A stretch of 61,869 nucleotides of DNA, counting the filler, from Choristocarpus tenellus KU-1152 (Eukaryota > Protista > Phaeophyceae): assembly GCA_964200185.2 (NCBI GenBank). It is 11 parts of 11 records of this genome, joined end to end, with 100 filler letters (N's around TTAATTAATTAA, not from the genome) between each part and the next. Parts side by side here need not be neighbours in the genome. Positions count along the whole stretch, not along the records: positions 1 to 5,750 come from CAXNAD020009850.1; positions 5,851 to 10,310 come from CAXNAD020014444.1; positions 10,411 to 18,078 come from CAXNAD020005780.1; 8 more parts are not named here. One strand, 5' to 3'. Below the pieces are notes generated by a model, which saw nothing but the letters and a program-made list of their open reading frames with translations, was not told the origin of the DNA and ran no database searches. Shown in pieces: positions 1 through 11,182 of this stretch (position 1 is the first letter of the stretch; each line of letters opens with the position of its first letter). The position numbers were made by a program, and so were the translations under genes.

Positions 1-370
1 AGGAAACCCCTTGGGGTTCAAAGACTGATTGGACCTGTTGCAAGGCCTTGTGTGTTACAACCATGCAATATAAGAGGGGGGGCAGTGGGTCTCCCTGTTG
101 GGCCCCAGATCTCGATGGTAGAATCTTTGTCCCTCCGTCATCTAGGGGGAAAAGAGGATTCCATGTATTCCCATATACTTTAGAGACATAAGATAGGAGT
201 CCTGTTAGGGTCTCTGGGAGGGCCTGGATGAAGGTTGAGCGACGTGCGCTGTTGAAAGCATTCTTTCCGTCCAAACTGATGACTCATTCTCCGCACTCAT
301 TCCTTAGGCGGATATCCAGGAGTGCATGTTCAATGCCATTTTAGAACCCAAACGCCGAATTGTCCATAGA
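1..370 (-). mobile_element. CRE-clade non-LTR retrotransposon RT fragment (decayed)
   Basis: Manual minus-strand translation gives GQFGV..GIEH..ISLDGKNAFNSARRS..ILPSRSGAQQGDPL with stops and frameshifts. Bases 1-150 closely match 49241-49390. Confidence 0.85.
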
Positions 371-1079
371 TAACGATATCAACAACAACTCAACCTTATT
401 GGTGATGAGGAGGATTGAATTTTAGTTACATCTTACTGGCACAATAAGTGATCATAAGATTTTTTTTCTAAAATAGTTTAGTCAAATACTGTCATTTCTA
501 AAAGTTTAATAGGGTTATCAACGAACATCGTAGAGTTCAACACCAAGAACTCTATGGTTAAATATATTTGGGGTGTGTGTACAACCAACTTTGAACGCAT
601 AGCTGGTCCTTAGCCATCATCTCTTTCAACATGACCTATCTATCCAATCTTGTGAAAAAAACTGATGTGTACATTTGTAGTGGGAGTGTTTGATTTTGTG
701 TTGGAGATACGATACAAGCTGAGAACTCTATCACTACTTGGAAGGACTTCTTGGATTGGAAGGGTGGAAGGTGTATGGCGGGGTATAGTGTTGAGGGATT
801 GACCTTGGGTCGGGACTGGAGAAGTCGATGGCCACGGGGTTGTAGTGATAAAACTGTGGCTCGTCAAGATCGAAGTGATGCAGGTGGAGGTCCATGCAGG
901 AGAGCTGGTGAGGTCCAACCATCAGGGATACGAACAAATATCTACCAGGGAGCCATTCTTCGGGTGTTGATGACCGGTTTTCTCTGCTGGACTGGTGGGA
1001 AGTTTGCAAGCAGTATCTACGTAAATGGACACTCGGCGTTGTATCCAGGTAACGGGAGTGATGAGGTAGCGGAAAAATT

Positions 1080-1601
1080 TTGGTCACACGTGGGACTAAT
1101 GCTTCTTTAGTGTCTCCTAGCACAGGTGACCACCTCCCTGATATGTCATTTAACACACACAACCTACTTGAACTTGCATTCTCTACTATTATCCAAACAG
1201 TGAACGGCCTAGCCATCGTCAGCTTGAACTACTACAGGGGACCAGTAGAGTGGTTCGGCAAGCTGGTTGCCTATTGCGTGGGTCAGCGCCTTGCCGATCC
1301 AAACTTACAGCTGGAAGTCGCTGTCTTCCTTACCGCCATCAATGCATTGGGCACTGCAATCGGATCCGCATGCATGCTCCATTTTCTCGATCTTCGAGAA
1401 AAGTCCACCGTGTCGACAACCAAGTTCTTGAAGGTCTTTGTGCCGTGTTGGTATGAGGTCTCTTTGCGTTTTCTCACTCAACTCTGGAAGACTATCACAT
1501 ATTTAGCAATCCTCTTCATCAATCTGAGAACGCAAGACTTGAAAACATGCTCCTGTAGGCCGATCTCCATGGGTCATTTGAATATGCCCATGATGTTTTA
1601 G
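1080..1601 (+). mobile_element. possible retrotransposon gag-like remnant
   Basis: 173-aa ORF with a loosely gag-like pattern (EWFGKLVAY...STTKFLKVFVPCWY). No diagnostic motif. Confidence 0.25.
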
Positions 1602-2519
1602 TGGTATCGCGTCCTGGTTCATCTTAGTACTCTATGGATGTGTGGTGACCGCAGGTGACAGTTCTCTTCACTGCTGTGGAGAGCATCGTTTCAGCCTCTT
1701 TATCGGCACCTGTTCTCCACCACTACTTCAATGCCCCGCTTTGGTAAGCTTGTAAAACAGTGAGCATTTTGTAGTTAAGCTAACCCTCATGCGGACACGT
1801 TTTTTTCAGGTTTTGTTCCAGGAGCCTACAGGAGTTGGAGTCGTTGTTGTTCTGTTGCTCATGGCAGAGTTATAGCTTTAAGTAAGTAAGGTCGCCAGTG
1901 GAATTCTGCTCTGCTCAAAGAACAATGTGATTAGGTTGACCTACTATGCTTGTACTTTATTTATGCTTGCCAACTGCAATAACGGTTGGTCTTTTCGTTG
2001 CTACTGTGACTGATTAAAGAAGAACTGAACTTTCTGGAACTCATCAAAGGAATATGTGACTCTGTCATCTAAGGAGTTTGGGGGCATGCTTCCTGTTGCA
2101 CCAATGAATCTCCCCTCCCTCTCAAATTATGCCACTGACAGGACTACCTGGGTGTCTTGGTTATGGAGTGAATGGTCTGGGACATACTCAACAATATATG
2201 CTGGAAGGTTAGTGTATTCATGTGTGTGACAAAACCAGTTGGTGTGTGGTGTGATGTTCATGATCCTGGGCAAATGGAAAGAACAGAGACTCAAAATGTG
2301 AAACACCGGTCAATAGCTGTGCTTTCTCTTGCCACTGGTGCATTTTTTTTTTACCTCTTGAACTCCATGCTCTTTGAACTCTTCAGAGAAAAAAACCATA
2401 TTGATTTTCAAATCTCCCCATGATTCGAGTTCTGAACAACAAATCATCTTATCCCTGAACCCCATATCACTGAACCAACACGAAGTATCACCAACACCTC
2501 TGTATTCCTTCAGAAATTA

Positions 2520-4680
2520 TGTTGTTTCTCCCTCGCCCTTGTGACAGCGTGGTGGTAGCTTATGCCATGGAACTTACCTGGTCAAAGTGCCAGAGAATGT
2601 GCCAGGAATGCCTGCACTGGATGTGGACATGGACAGATGTATTAAGAGTGTGTGTGTACCTCAGCACTGCTACTCTGTATGTGTGGCTATTTGAGAAACA
2701 TGACCTCGATATTTTGTATGGAGGCCCATTGCTGTTGTTGGTGAGAGGCAGGAGTGATTTGGTACAGGCGGTGCTGCATATTGTGGACACCTACCTCAAC
2801 CATTTTTTTCGTTTTAAGATAGCATGCATATTATAAGATCTCTCATGGTTGTGCCTTTGGCAATGTCTTCTGAAATGCTATTGTTTGCTTCAGTCCTTGG
2901 CACTGGTTATCACATCTCCAGAGCGGCTGTGAATGTGAGCTTTGTAGTGAACTGTATTTAGGCTGATTGCTGTATGTATGGTACATACCTTGAATTTAGA
3001 AGTTCGTTGTGACAAGCAATCCATTGTATGCATCCATCTGGAAAGGCAACTGAATTCTGATTTCGTACTCATTGGAACTGAGCACAAGTTTGTGACAAGT
3101 ATTTGCCCGTTGATTTATTACCCCAGGTGTTCCCTGCACATGCCGGGGTGGCGCTGATGTATCCCCAGCTTTGGAGTGCAATATTGGATGTATATCTTTC
3201 TCTCGTGGCAGTTGCTGGAACAGCTGGTGATACCGGACCAATCGCAGCCATCCTGAGAAAAGAGTCGATTGTTGTGCAGTTGGTCTTCTTACATGCGGTC
3301 ATCATGGTATCGACGTGAGACCTGCGTTTTATCCCCTTGATTGTTCTGTGTGTAAGCTTTAGATGGCCCGTGCACGTTCTTGCTCACGACGCTAGTTAGC
3401 TATTGTTTCATGTCCCCAGACATAAGACAACCAGGAGTTGTATATCCAACCCGAAGCTTTCCTTCAATACCACGGGTGAGGGCTTAGCTTCACTCGAGAG
3501 GGAGCCTATTTGTGGGAATTGTGTGAAATATGTACACCTTGTTTTCATGGATGACACTAAATAGTCCCATTGTGTGAAGTATGTACACCTTGTTTTCACT
3601 GATGACTCTAAATAGTCCCAGGTGTCAATTGTGTGTGTGTGTGTGTGTGTGTGTTTGTGTGCGCGTGAGAAGTTCAAAGGTGATCTCCGACTACCTCACT
3701 GACGTCTAAGTAAAGGACCAAGAAGTGAACACACTACTCCTAATGTTGAAAGCTCTTGAAGAGCTATAGCTTGCAATGCCATGTCCAATACGGTGAGAGA
3801 GGTGTGAATAAACCTGCCCTCATGTTGCATGTTATTCAACGCCCCAACCCTTCCATATGATGGAAGAGTTTTGTACGCGGGGGATACGCCGGGGCACTAT
3901 ATTTGCTCTTCCCTTAGTCAATATGTTCCCTCACATCCACATTGTTCTAATGTCATGGATAATGCCTATTGCATCCAAGCGCATGGCAGATTCAACAATG
4001 TGAACGCTCCGGCGATATGGGATGAGCGTGGGGTGGTTTCTTGTATGCAATGTGCTGTTGCGAGATAAAGCCCTTGGCAAGTGTAGAAATTGTGTAGAAA
4101 TTGTGTAGAAATTGTCGGATATCTTTTTTTTTGTGTGTGTGAAGATGTGTGTACATGATTTTTTTTTCTTTCCTTTTCAGTGTGACAGGAAGTGCTGTGA
4201 TAGAGCTATATTTGTGCTTCTGATGTAGGTGCTGACTGGACTGCATCTTGTGTGCTATTTTCAATCTTTCTGGAATGTTAGACAAGATGTTTAAGATGAG
4301 TGTGTTTGGACAGAGCTCCCTGCAAGAAACTTCTACCTGCTGAAACCTGAACGAGGTCTTACCATACTTGGTGAAGATGTTTACACCGTTGTATTTTGAA
4401 ATAGAGTCAGTTCCGTGCTGACTCCCTTGCTTGGTACTCTCTTTGTATTTCTATCGATAAGATGATATGGAGATTGGATGCTTCAATGGGAATCAGTGGG
4501 AGAAATCTCAACCATCTGCCACTGATAAGATTTCAAAGCTTCAGAACTTTGAGTTTAATCCATCAGGGGCTCTGGTTTCAGACCTTGCTATGGTCTTGTG
4601 GACAGTAGAAATTGTTGAGAATTGATCACTACCTTCTTTTCCTTGTCGATAGTGAAGAAGTGAAGGACCTGGTCCATATC
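2520..4680 (-). mobile_element. highly decayed non-LTR (CRE-like) retrotransposon
   Basis: Faint minus-strand motifs in the expected order: RAPDGL, VRP, SFYLDV, and IRIQLPFQM (LP..GG.GL-like thumb). Confidence 0.35.
3518..3620. repeat. 51-bp tandem duplication, followed by a (TG)n microsatellite at about 3629-3660
   Basis: ttgtgtgaa(a/g)tatgtacaccttgttttca..gatgac(a/t)ctaaatagtccca occurs twice. Confidence 0.9.
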
Positions 4681-5735
4681 AATCATATATATCATACAAA
4701 TAATACAAATAATATGAATAATATAAAACCCGCCTTAATGTAATGATTTGACTCAGGTGTACCACCTGAGGATTGAAATGACAATGGGAGAGGATTTTGG
4801 CATATATATATATATATATATATGTACCTTTATTTTTTATTCTTCATAGAGACACGGTGTCCCTCAAATTTCCAGGCCAACAATTAAAGTGTTTTTATTT
4901 TCTACTCACAGGTTCATACAGGGCATTCGTTGCTCTCTTTCAGGGGTGCTTCGTTTTGGTCATCATTTATTTGTGAAAAAGAACCATTCTCTTACGTTCT
5001 GTGTTAACGGTATCCATGGGAACATTTTGGTCACCCTTAAATGATGAAGAGTTGTTGCCCTATATGGGAGAGTGGGTAATGTTTGTCAGATCGTATCGGT
5101 GGGACCTATTTTTTTTTTGTTTTTTTTGTCAACTATTGTTTTTTTTTTTGTCAAAGATTTTTCCCTTTGAATAGTAGCTGTGCTGAGGAATGTCAATAGT
5201 TTGAGGAAAGGTTGTGGTGTTGGGAAAACACGAAAGAAGTGTTGGAAGAATCTATTGCTCAGTATGTACAGAATGGTGTTTGGCCTTCAGTACTGCAGTG
5301 CCATTAGAGCCCTTGCTGCAGGGTGGACAGACCAGGGGAGAGGAAGGCTCATCCATTTTGGGAACCCTGTACTATTTTTGGAAGTTTATTGGCTTGCTGA
5401 GGTGTGGAATCCTTAGCTGCAGATTGGGATTTTGATTTGCCACACGCTGACAAGGTGATTGGATTTCCTAGTATGCCGAGGGACCCCTTGGACATAGATA
5501 GAAGAGAAGGAATGCTCCAAGCAAGGCAAAGAATGCCACTGTGAGATACTTTGAAGTATGCCTGATGGGCTCCTAGGAAACCCTCAGGGTGGACGGCAGG
5601 CAATAAGGGGAGGCTTGGAGGCGCTTGAGTGCTGCCATAACGACCTGAAAAAGCATCAAATTTTCTTGGCTAAAATACATATCACAAGCGCCCAGCCGGT
5701 TCCATTGCCTCCTGACAGCTATGCGGTGGTGCGAA

Positions 5736-5895
5736 GGCTCAAAATATCTGNNNNNNNNNNNNNNNNNNNNNNNNNNNNNNNNNNNNNNNNNNNNTTAATT
5801 AATTAANNNNNNNNNNNNNNNNNNNNNNNNNNNNNNNNNNNNNNNNNNNNGACCCCAAATGGACAGCCGCCACCCCCTCCCAGATACTTTGAGCC
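5736..5895. mobile_element. MITE family A termini on either side of a linker
   Basis: ggctcaaaatatctg before the gap and ...cccagatactttgagcc after it match the TIRs of the complete copy at 40674-40857. Confidence 0.75.
5751..5850. other. artificial contig linker N44-TTAATTAATTAA-N44; the same linker is at 10311, 18079, 23201, 33005, 36157, 42133, 48778, 54279 and 59147
   Basis: Ten identical 100-nt spacers with a core that gives stops in all six frames. Confidence 0.97.
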
Positions 5896-6189
5896 TTCTC
5901 CAAAGTAATAACTCAAGCATAGGGGTAAAGAAGGACAAGAAGGGCATACCTGGCAATAGAGGAAGTGGCGAGTGTAGTTGTAGGGATCAGGAGTCAGTTC
6001 ACTTGAAACAGAAGCCAGAGTTAAACTAGTGCTGACTGGAAGGCAAGGAAACGTCAATCACGATGTAGACAGCACGAGACACCAACGGAAGAGGAATCAC
6101 CAGTTTAGAACAAATACTACTGCTGGTGTGGAGCGTCCACCACCCCACCATTTTCTTTTCTGGCTGGTGAGAATCTCTTTGCAACAATC

Positions 6190-6737
6190 TATGATGCTCA
6201 AAGACCTTATTGTCAGTATTCTGGATACACCCACTACTCCTTATTTGCTCATGAGGTGGCCACAGGCGGATGTATTGCTTCAACCACAAGGTGGAGGAAA
6301 TCGCCTGGACAGCGAAAGAGTGCTCGTTGACTGATGAGAGGGAAGACAACAGGTCAATATATGCTCCTCACGTCACAAGGCGGAGGGACGAGAAATAAAG
6401 AGATCAATGGTCAATACTCTGGATTCACAACCATTCCTCGTCTGGTTATGAGGAAGTCAAGGGACTGCTGATTTATGGTGGAGGGATGGTCAATTCGAAA
6501 AGAGCTTGTTGCCTGCACTCTGGATTCGCTCACCAACTCTACTCTGGTCATGAGGATGAGGGCAAGATTGCAAGTTTTTTCACTAGTCACAAACTGGAGG
6601 GTATGAAAAATGTGAAGTGCAATACGTTATCTATACTGTGGATGTTCTCACCAACCTTCCTTCATCTGGGAGAGGGCAAGAGGTCAATATATTATTGCTC
6701 TAGCCATAAACTGGAGGAAATGATAGATGTTTCATGA
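6190..6737 (+). pseudogene. EsV-1-7 cysteine-rich repeat protein remnant
   Basis: Degenerate repeats such as MVNSKRACCLHSG..HQLYSGHEDEGKIASFFTSHKLEGMKNVK and EGKRSIYYCSSHKLEEMIDV fit the EsV-1-7 pattern C..GC...PSFG..G.K...C..H..EGMVNV. Frameshifted. Confidence 0.8.
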
Positions 6738-7365
6738 GGGGGAGGGGAAGAGGCAGATACGTTGTTGCTCCAGCCACAAGCAGGAGGGGAGAACAAACTT
6801 CATTGAAAAAACAGAGCATAAGCTCGCCGATCCCCATGGGCCGTGAGGCTGTGAATAAATAAGGCCATGGGTAGCCTAGAGTGTAGTCCCCTCCAATCAC
6901 AAGCAAGGTTGATGGTCTGGTGTAACTAATAACGGAGGACGTACTGTATACAGCTGAACTTTTCAAGTTGCATTCTTGGGAAATTTTGTGAGCAGAGATG
7001 AGTTGCTCACAAGCATGCGTTTATTGCTGGCAGTTGAGCAGACTGGAATTAATGTTTTTATAGGGAGAACTGCGTACAATATTAGATGGTCATATCTCTA
7101 CCATAGTCTCTTTTGTCTCCCTGTGGTATGTAGCACAGGCTGTGGTCTGGTGAAACTGCAGACCAATCAGCTCTTATGGGCCTGGGAGCGTTTTGGCACA
7201 CCTCCATGGTGGTCGGGACTGGACAATGATTATTATTCTCTGCATCTGTTGTTCACAATATTCCTGGAAGAGCTGATTTATACACTTTGCCCTCAAAAAA
7301 ATTGGATTATTTTTGTGCAAGACCTGTATCAATTGCTGGACCTTATTGGATATGCATACTTTTTT

Positions 7366-7565
7366 TTGTTGTGTTTGTATTACAGCGCGCCACTTAACTC
7401 ACCTCCACAGGACGTGTAACTCAAATCCAACGATCTTAAAACGACACTATGGGGACGTTGCCCTTTTGTTGTGTTTGTGTTACAGCGCGCCACTGAACTC
7501 ACCTCCACAGGACGTGTATCTCAAATCCAACGATCTTAAAACGACACTATGGGGACGTTGCCCTT
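7366..7565. repeat. 100-bp tandem duplication
   Basis: tacagcgcgcc starts at both 7381 and 7481, and the two units are nearly identical. Confidence 0.92.
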
Positions 7566-7659
7566 GGTAACAGTTTGTTGGGTGTCAGACAGTCTTCTCT
7601 TCATACTCCACTCAGTGCTTAGCTCAAAGCTCAACTCAAATGTTTGGTTCAAGATAAAA

Positions 7660-7895
7660 GACTTCTTAGACACTTTGACGTATTCTTCTGTAGTGTTACG
7701 TATGCATTACAAATCTTACTCTGTATCTTCTACGAAATCAGCATTTATTCTGTAAGGCCACCTATGTGTTACTAATCTCGTATATTGTTCGCGCTTGTTA
7801 GAACGCGAGAAACAATGCTTGCACTACTCGCCTGTCACAAACGTTCGTGTTTGCTAAAACATGACAAGAAATGCTCGCGCTATTCGCCTGTCACA
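7660..7895 (-). repeat. dispersed repeat family C, an inverted copy of about 35812-36050
   Basis: The reverse complement aligns with gcgaatagcgcgagcattt...gatattagtaacacataggt..ccttacagaataa. Confidence 0.8.
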
Positions 7896-10800
7896 TTTGC
7901 GCTGAGATATGTGCTTTGATTTCTATAGACATATCTTGTCAGGTTTATTCAAGCATCATTTTAGCAATAATCAAACCTTGCCTTCCTGCGCTTCAATAGA
8001 GCTCTCTCCTACACTGCATTCCTGCTATGGTTCCAGCCAATCTTATTTTTCTATAATGGTACATCACCATACCTACTTTGAGTACTGAGCAGTTCAAACA
8101 AAAACGGTTTCATCAAAGCGGTACTACAGCCTTATGGTAGTCTGGAGACTGCAAAGATCATGACCTCCAGAGCTTTCTTCGAACAGCCAATAGTCAGTCC
8201 CTGTGCAATACTATTTCAGTTTCACACTGTACAAGCATTCACCTGTCATGCAACCAACTGTAGACACATAACCAGATTATAACAAAAAAACTTGAGGCAA
8301 GTGTGGAAGGGTTCTCCTTAAGAAAAGTAGATCAGAAATTTAATTCCCTAGACCAGCTGAGGGATGCCATGGCATTCACATCAAAATACTTTTGAATAGG
8401 CAATTCGTATCATCATTAGCTTGCGCTAATCTTGATATGCTGAAGATCCACTGCAGTGCTTTCTTCCCGGGAGCAAGGGTCATTCACCACCCTGTCTGTC
8501 AGCCTAGGGCAAGCTTGAGGAACTACCATAAACGGCAAAAAGAACTAGAAAGGAATCTGAAATACCATGTAAAAAAGGCCAACAAAGGCAATGTACCCAA
8601 GAAGGCAATGGGCAAATAACACGCCATGCAACCAGCACTACTCCACATGCATGCAAGGTCAAAAAAGCAATGTTCCACAATCAGAACAGTCTAAACGTTG
8701 CATCCATTCCGATTGTAACACTATACACAAGATTATCACTTAGTACATCCACTCTTCAAATGACACAAACTGATAAAGTGGGGGAAATCTTCACCCCTTT
8801 AAGCATTACTCTTCATCAACCTGCACCTCCTCAGCAATTATCGAGTGCCTGCGTTGACAACCTTGGAAGGCCTTCCAGGGAGGTTTCAAGAAAGGATGAA
8901 AGACATCATGAAGTGAATGCCTCACCTCCTATCGCCAACACCTCAACTCCTATCCTTGTGCTCTACTCAATCTCTCAAGGTCGTCTTGCCCGGGCCCTCA
9001 AGGACTTACAAGCCCGAAGGATTAGGCGCAATCTGTCCACGGTGGAGGTGCAACGAAGCATCTCTAGCTTCACCTTCAAATCCACTCGGAGCTGTTGGGC
9101 TCCCCAGAAACTGAGGGCCACAGCATCCTGAGGGATAGGAGAAGATGAGGGGCTTCCATTGGGCTTGTTTGCCCAATGACTTGGAGGCCCAGGTGAATGT
9201 AGACAGGACCGGAATGACCCTGCTGCAAGGATTGTTGATACCTGCTTTTTCAAGACATTCCAAACAGACACGGTTTGTTGATATCAGTCAGAAAATTGTG
9301 TTGAGGGGAGGGGGAGATTGTGGCAGGCAGTGGATGCATGTAAAAAAAGAAAGGTATGATTTAAGGATGGAAGTTATGCAAATTGTCCATCCATCATTAT
9401 CCTTCTCATCACCAAAAAGAGTGAAAAAGAACAAGCCCTGATCTCAAAAGTTGTAGGGTAAGGGCACACACGCAGCAAAATCTTCCACTAGACAATTTTT
9501 GCTTTCATCTCACACACAGCAACATCCCGGCAAGCTCTCCAACAACTCAGAAAAATAGACACATACCCGGAGTTCTTATACACACCGGCACCCAGAGTGC
9601 AGTGGGTACCAAGCATCCAAAGGGTTTCGAATACTCAATAAGGATGATGAGTTTATTCAAAGCAAGTTGGGTGGGGTCTGCAGAACAGGCACCTTTTCTG
9701 GATCATCATAAACTTTGCAAAGGAGTATCAGTACTTCGATTCAGGCTCAAAAAAGACCTCTCAACTCAAGGGATTGTCAGCCTCAACAAATGCACACCAG
9801 AAAATGCAACAACGCACACCGTGTTCAACAGAGTCAGGCACTGCGATATCAACTCCCTCCCCCAGGAAATGCCACACGGAAGAACAAACAGCACACGCAA
9901 CAGACGAGGAGCTTCCGCAAAGTCAAAAGCAGTAGAGTACCTACTATAAAAACCCATCTTCTCAAGAGCCACCAACCGAATCACACGTCTTCTTCACCAT
10001 ACAACAGTACTCCTTGCCTCCCCCTCACCTGTATCCGAAGATTCTCAACAGCATCATCGCCTCCCAATTCGCCCCCCTCTCCTTTCATAGCACCGCTATC
10101 TCCAACCTCACAAGGCACACTGCCGACACCTTCTACTGACCCAACAACTTCTGTTAACCGACCAGGGGAGGCGTTATCACCCTTCGAAATAACTTTCACT
10201 TCTTTTGATTTTTCAGTTGATGTTATTGGGTTCCCCCCCGCCCCTGCCCCCTCCCCCCCCCCCCCCCCTTCCCCCCTTTCTCCCCCCCCTCCCGCTACAC
10301 TCCCCCTCTCNNNNNNNNNNNNNNNNNNNNNNNNNNNNNNNNNNNNNNNNNNNNTTAATTAATTAANNNNNNNNNNNNNNNNNNNNNNNNNNNNNNNNNN
10401 NNNNNNNNNNCAAGCAATCTCGCCGGGTTTATCACCTTTATCCTCTTTGATGATTTTGGGGATACTTTAACATGATACTCCCTCAGATTCCTTCAATCTA
10501 CACGTTTTTTCCAACATCACACAAGTGTGAGGAGGGGCATGTAGTCCGTTCCTTCCACTCTGGTAGAGGATATTGAGCTGAAGGATAAGGAAAAGAACCG
10601 TGGATACAAAAGGAGTGGCGTGTACCCCGAACACCTCATGAATATAGAGGGCTGAGGTTCTGTAGGTCTGTGACCTCATTCTACCATTGTGATCATTTCA
10701 AATTGCGAATCTACTGTATCCCCCCCTTTTCCTCTATGATCTCTTACCTTCAATGTTGACCCGTCGTTTGTTCGTCTGTGTCGCTGGAATGGTCGCCCTC

Positions 10801-11182
10801 GGGCCATAGGATTTCACTACCCAGCCGCTCTGTGCAGTACTCGACGAGGGACAGGCAAGACTTCGATGCGCTCACTGCTTCGAGACCTTTGGGTCCAAGA
10901 ATGGTCTGCGCTGTACATCGTGCAAGGTGGGGTCTCAACAGCTCGAGCGTAAGTGGGGTGACATGTATTGGACCCGGGCCTAGATGCTCCCAAGCAATTG
11001 AAGCGCATTGGCATATCGAATGACCTCGTCATTTTGGTACTGGTCGGTGAGTAGGATCACCTGTTGCTGCACTGACACCAAAGTGTTATCTTTGCTCTGC
11101 TTTGATTATTAGGGGATAAGGCATATCGCTGCACCACTTTTTTCTCTAAATCTCCTTCCTCAAACTCTATCCCTCCCTGAAG

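Noticed and set aside
5795-5806. Recurring TTAATTAATTAA palindrome as a biological motif
   Set aside because: It is always centred in N runs of fixed length, so it is an artificial stop linker.
8000-9300. L1-like LINE remnant on the minus strand
   Set aside because: The resemblance is only vague, with no convincing RT motifs.
9715-10362. 215-aa Pro/Ser-rich ORF
   Set aside because: Low complexity, runs into poly-C and a gap, and has no recognisable domain.
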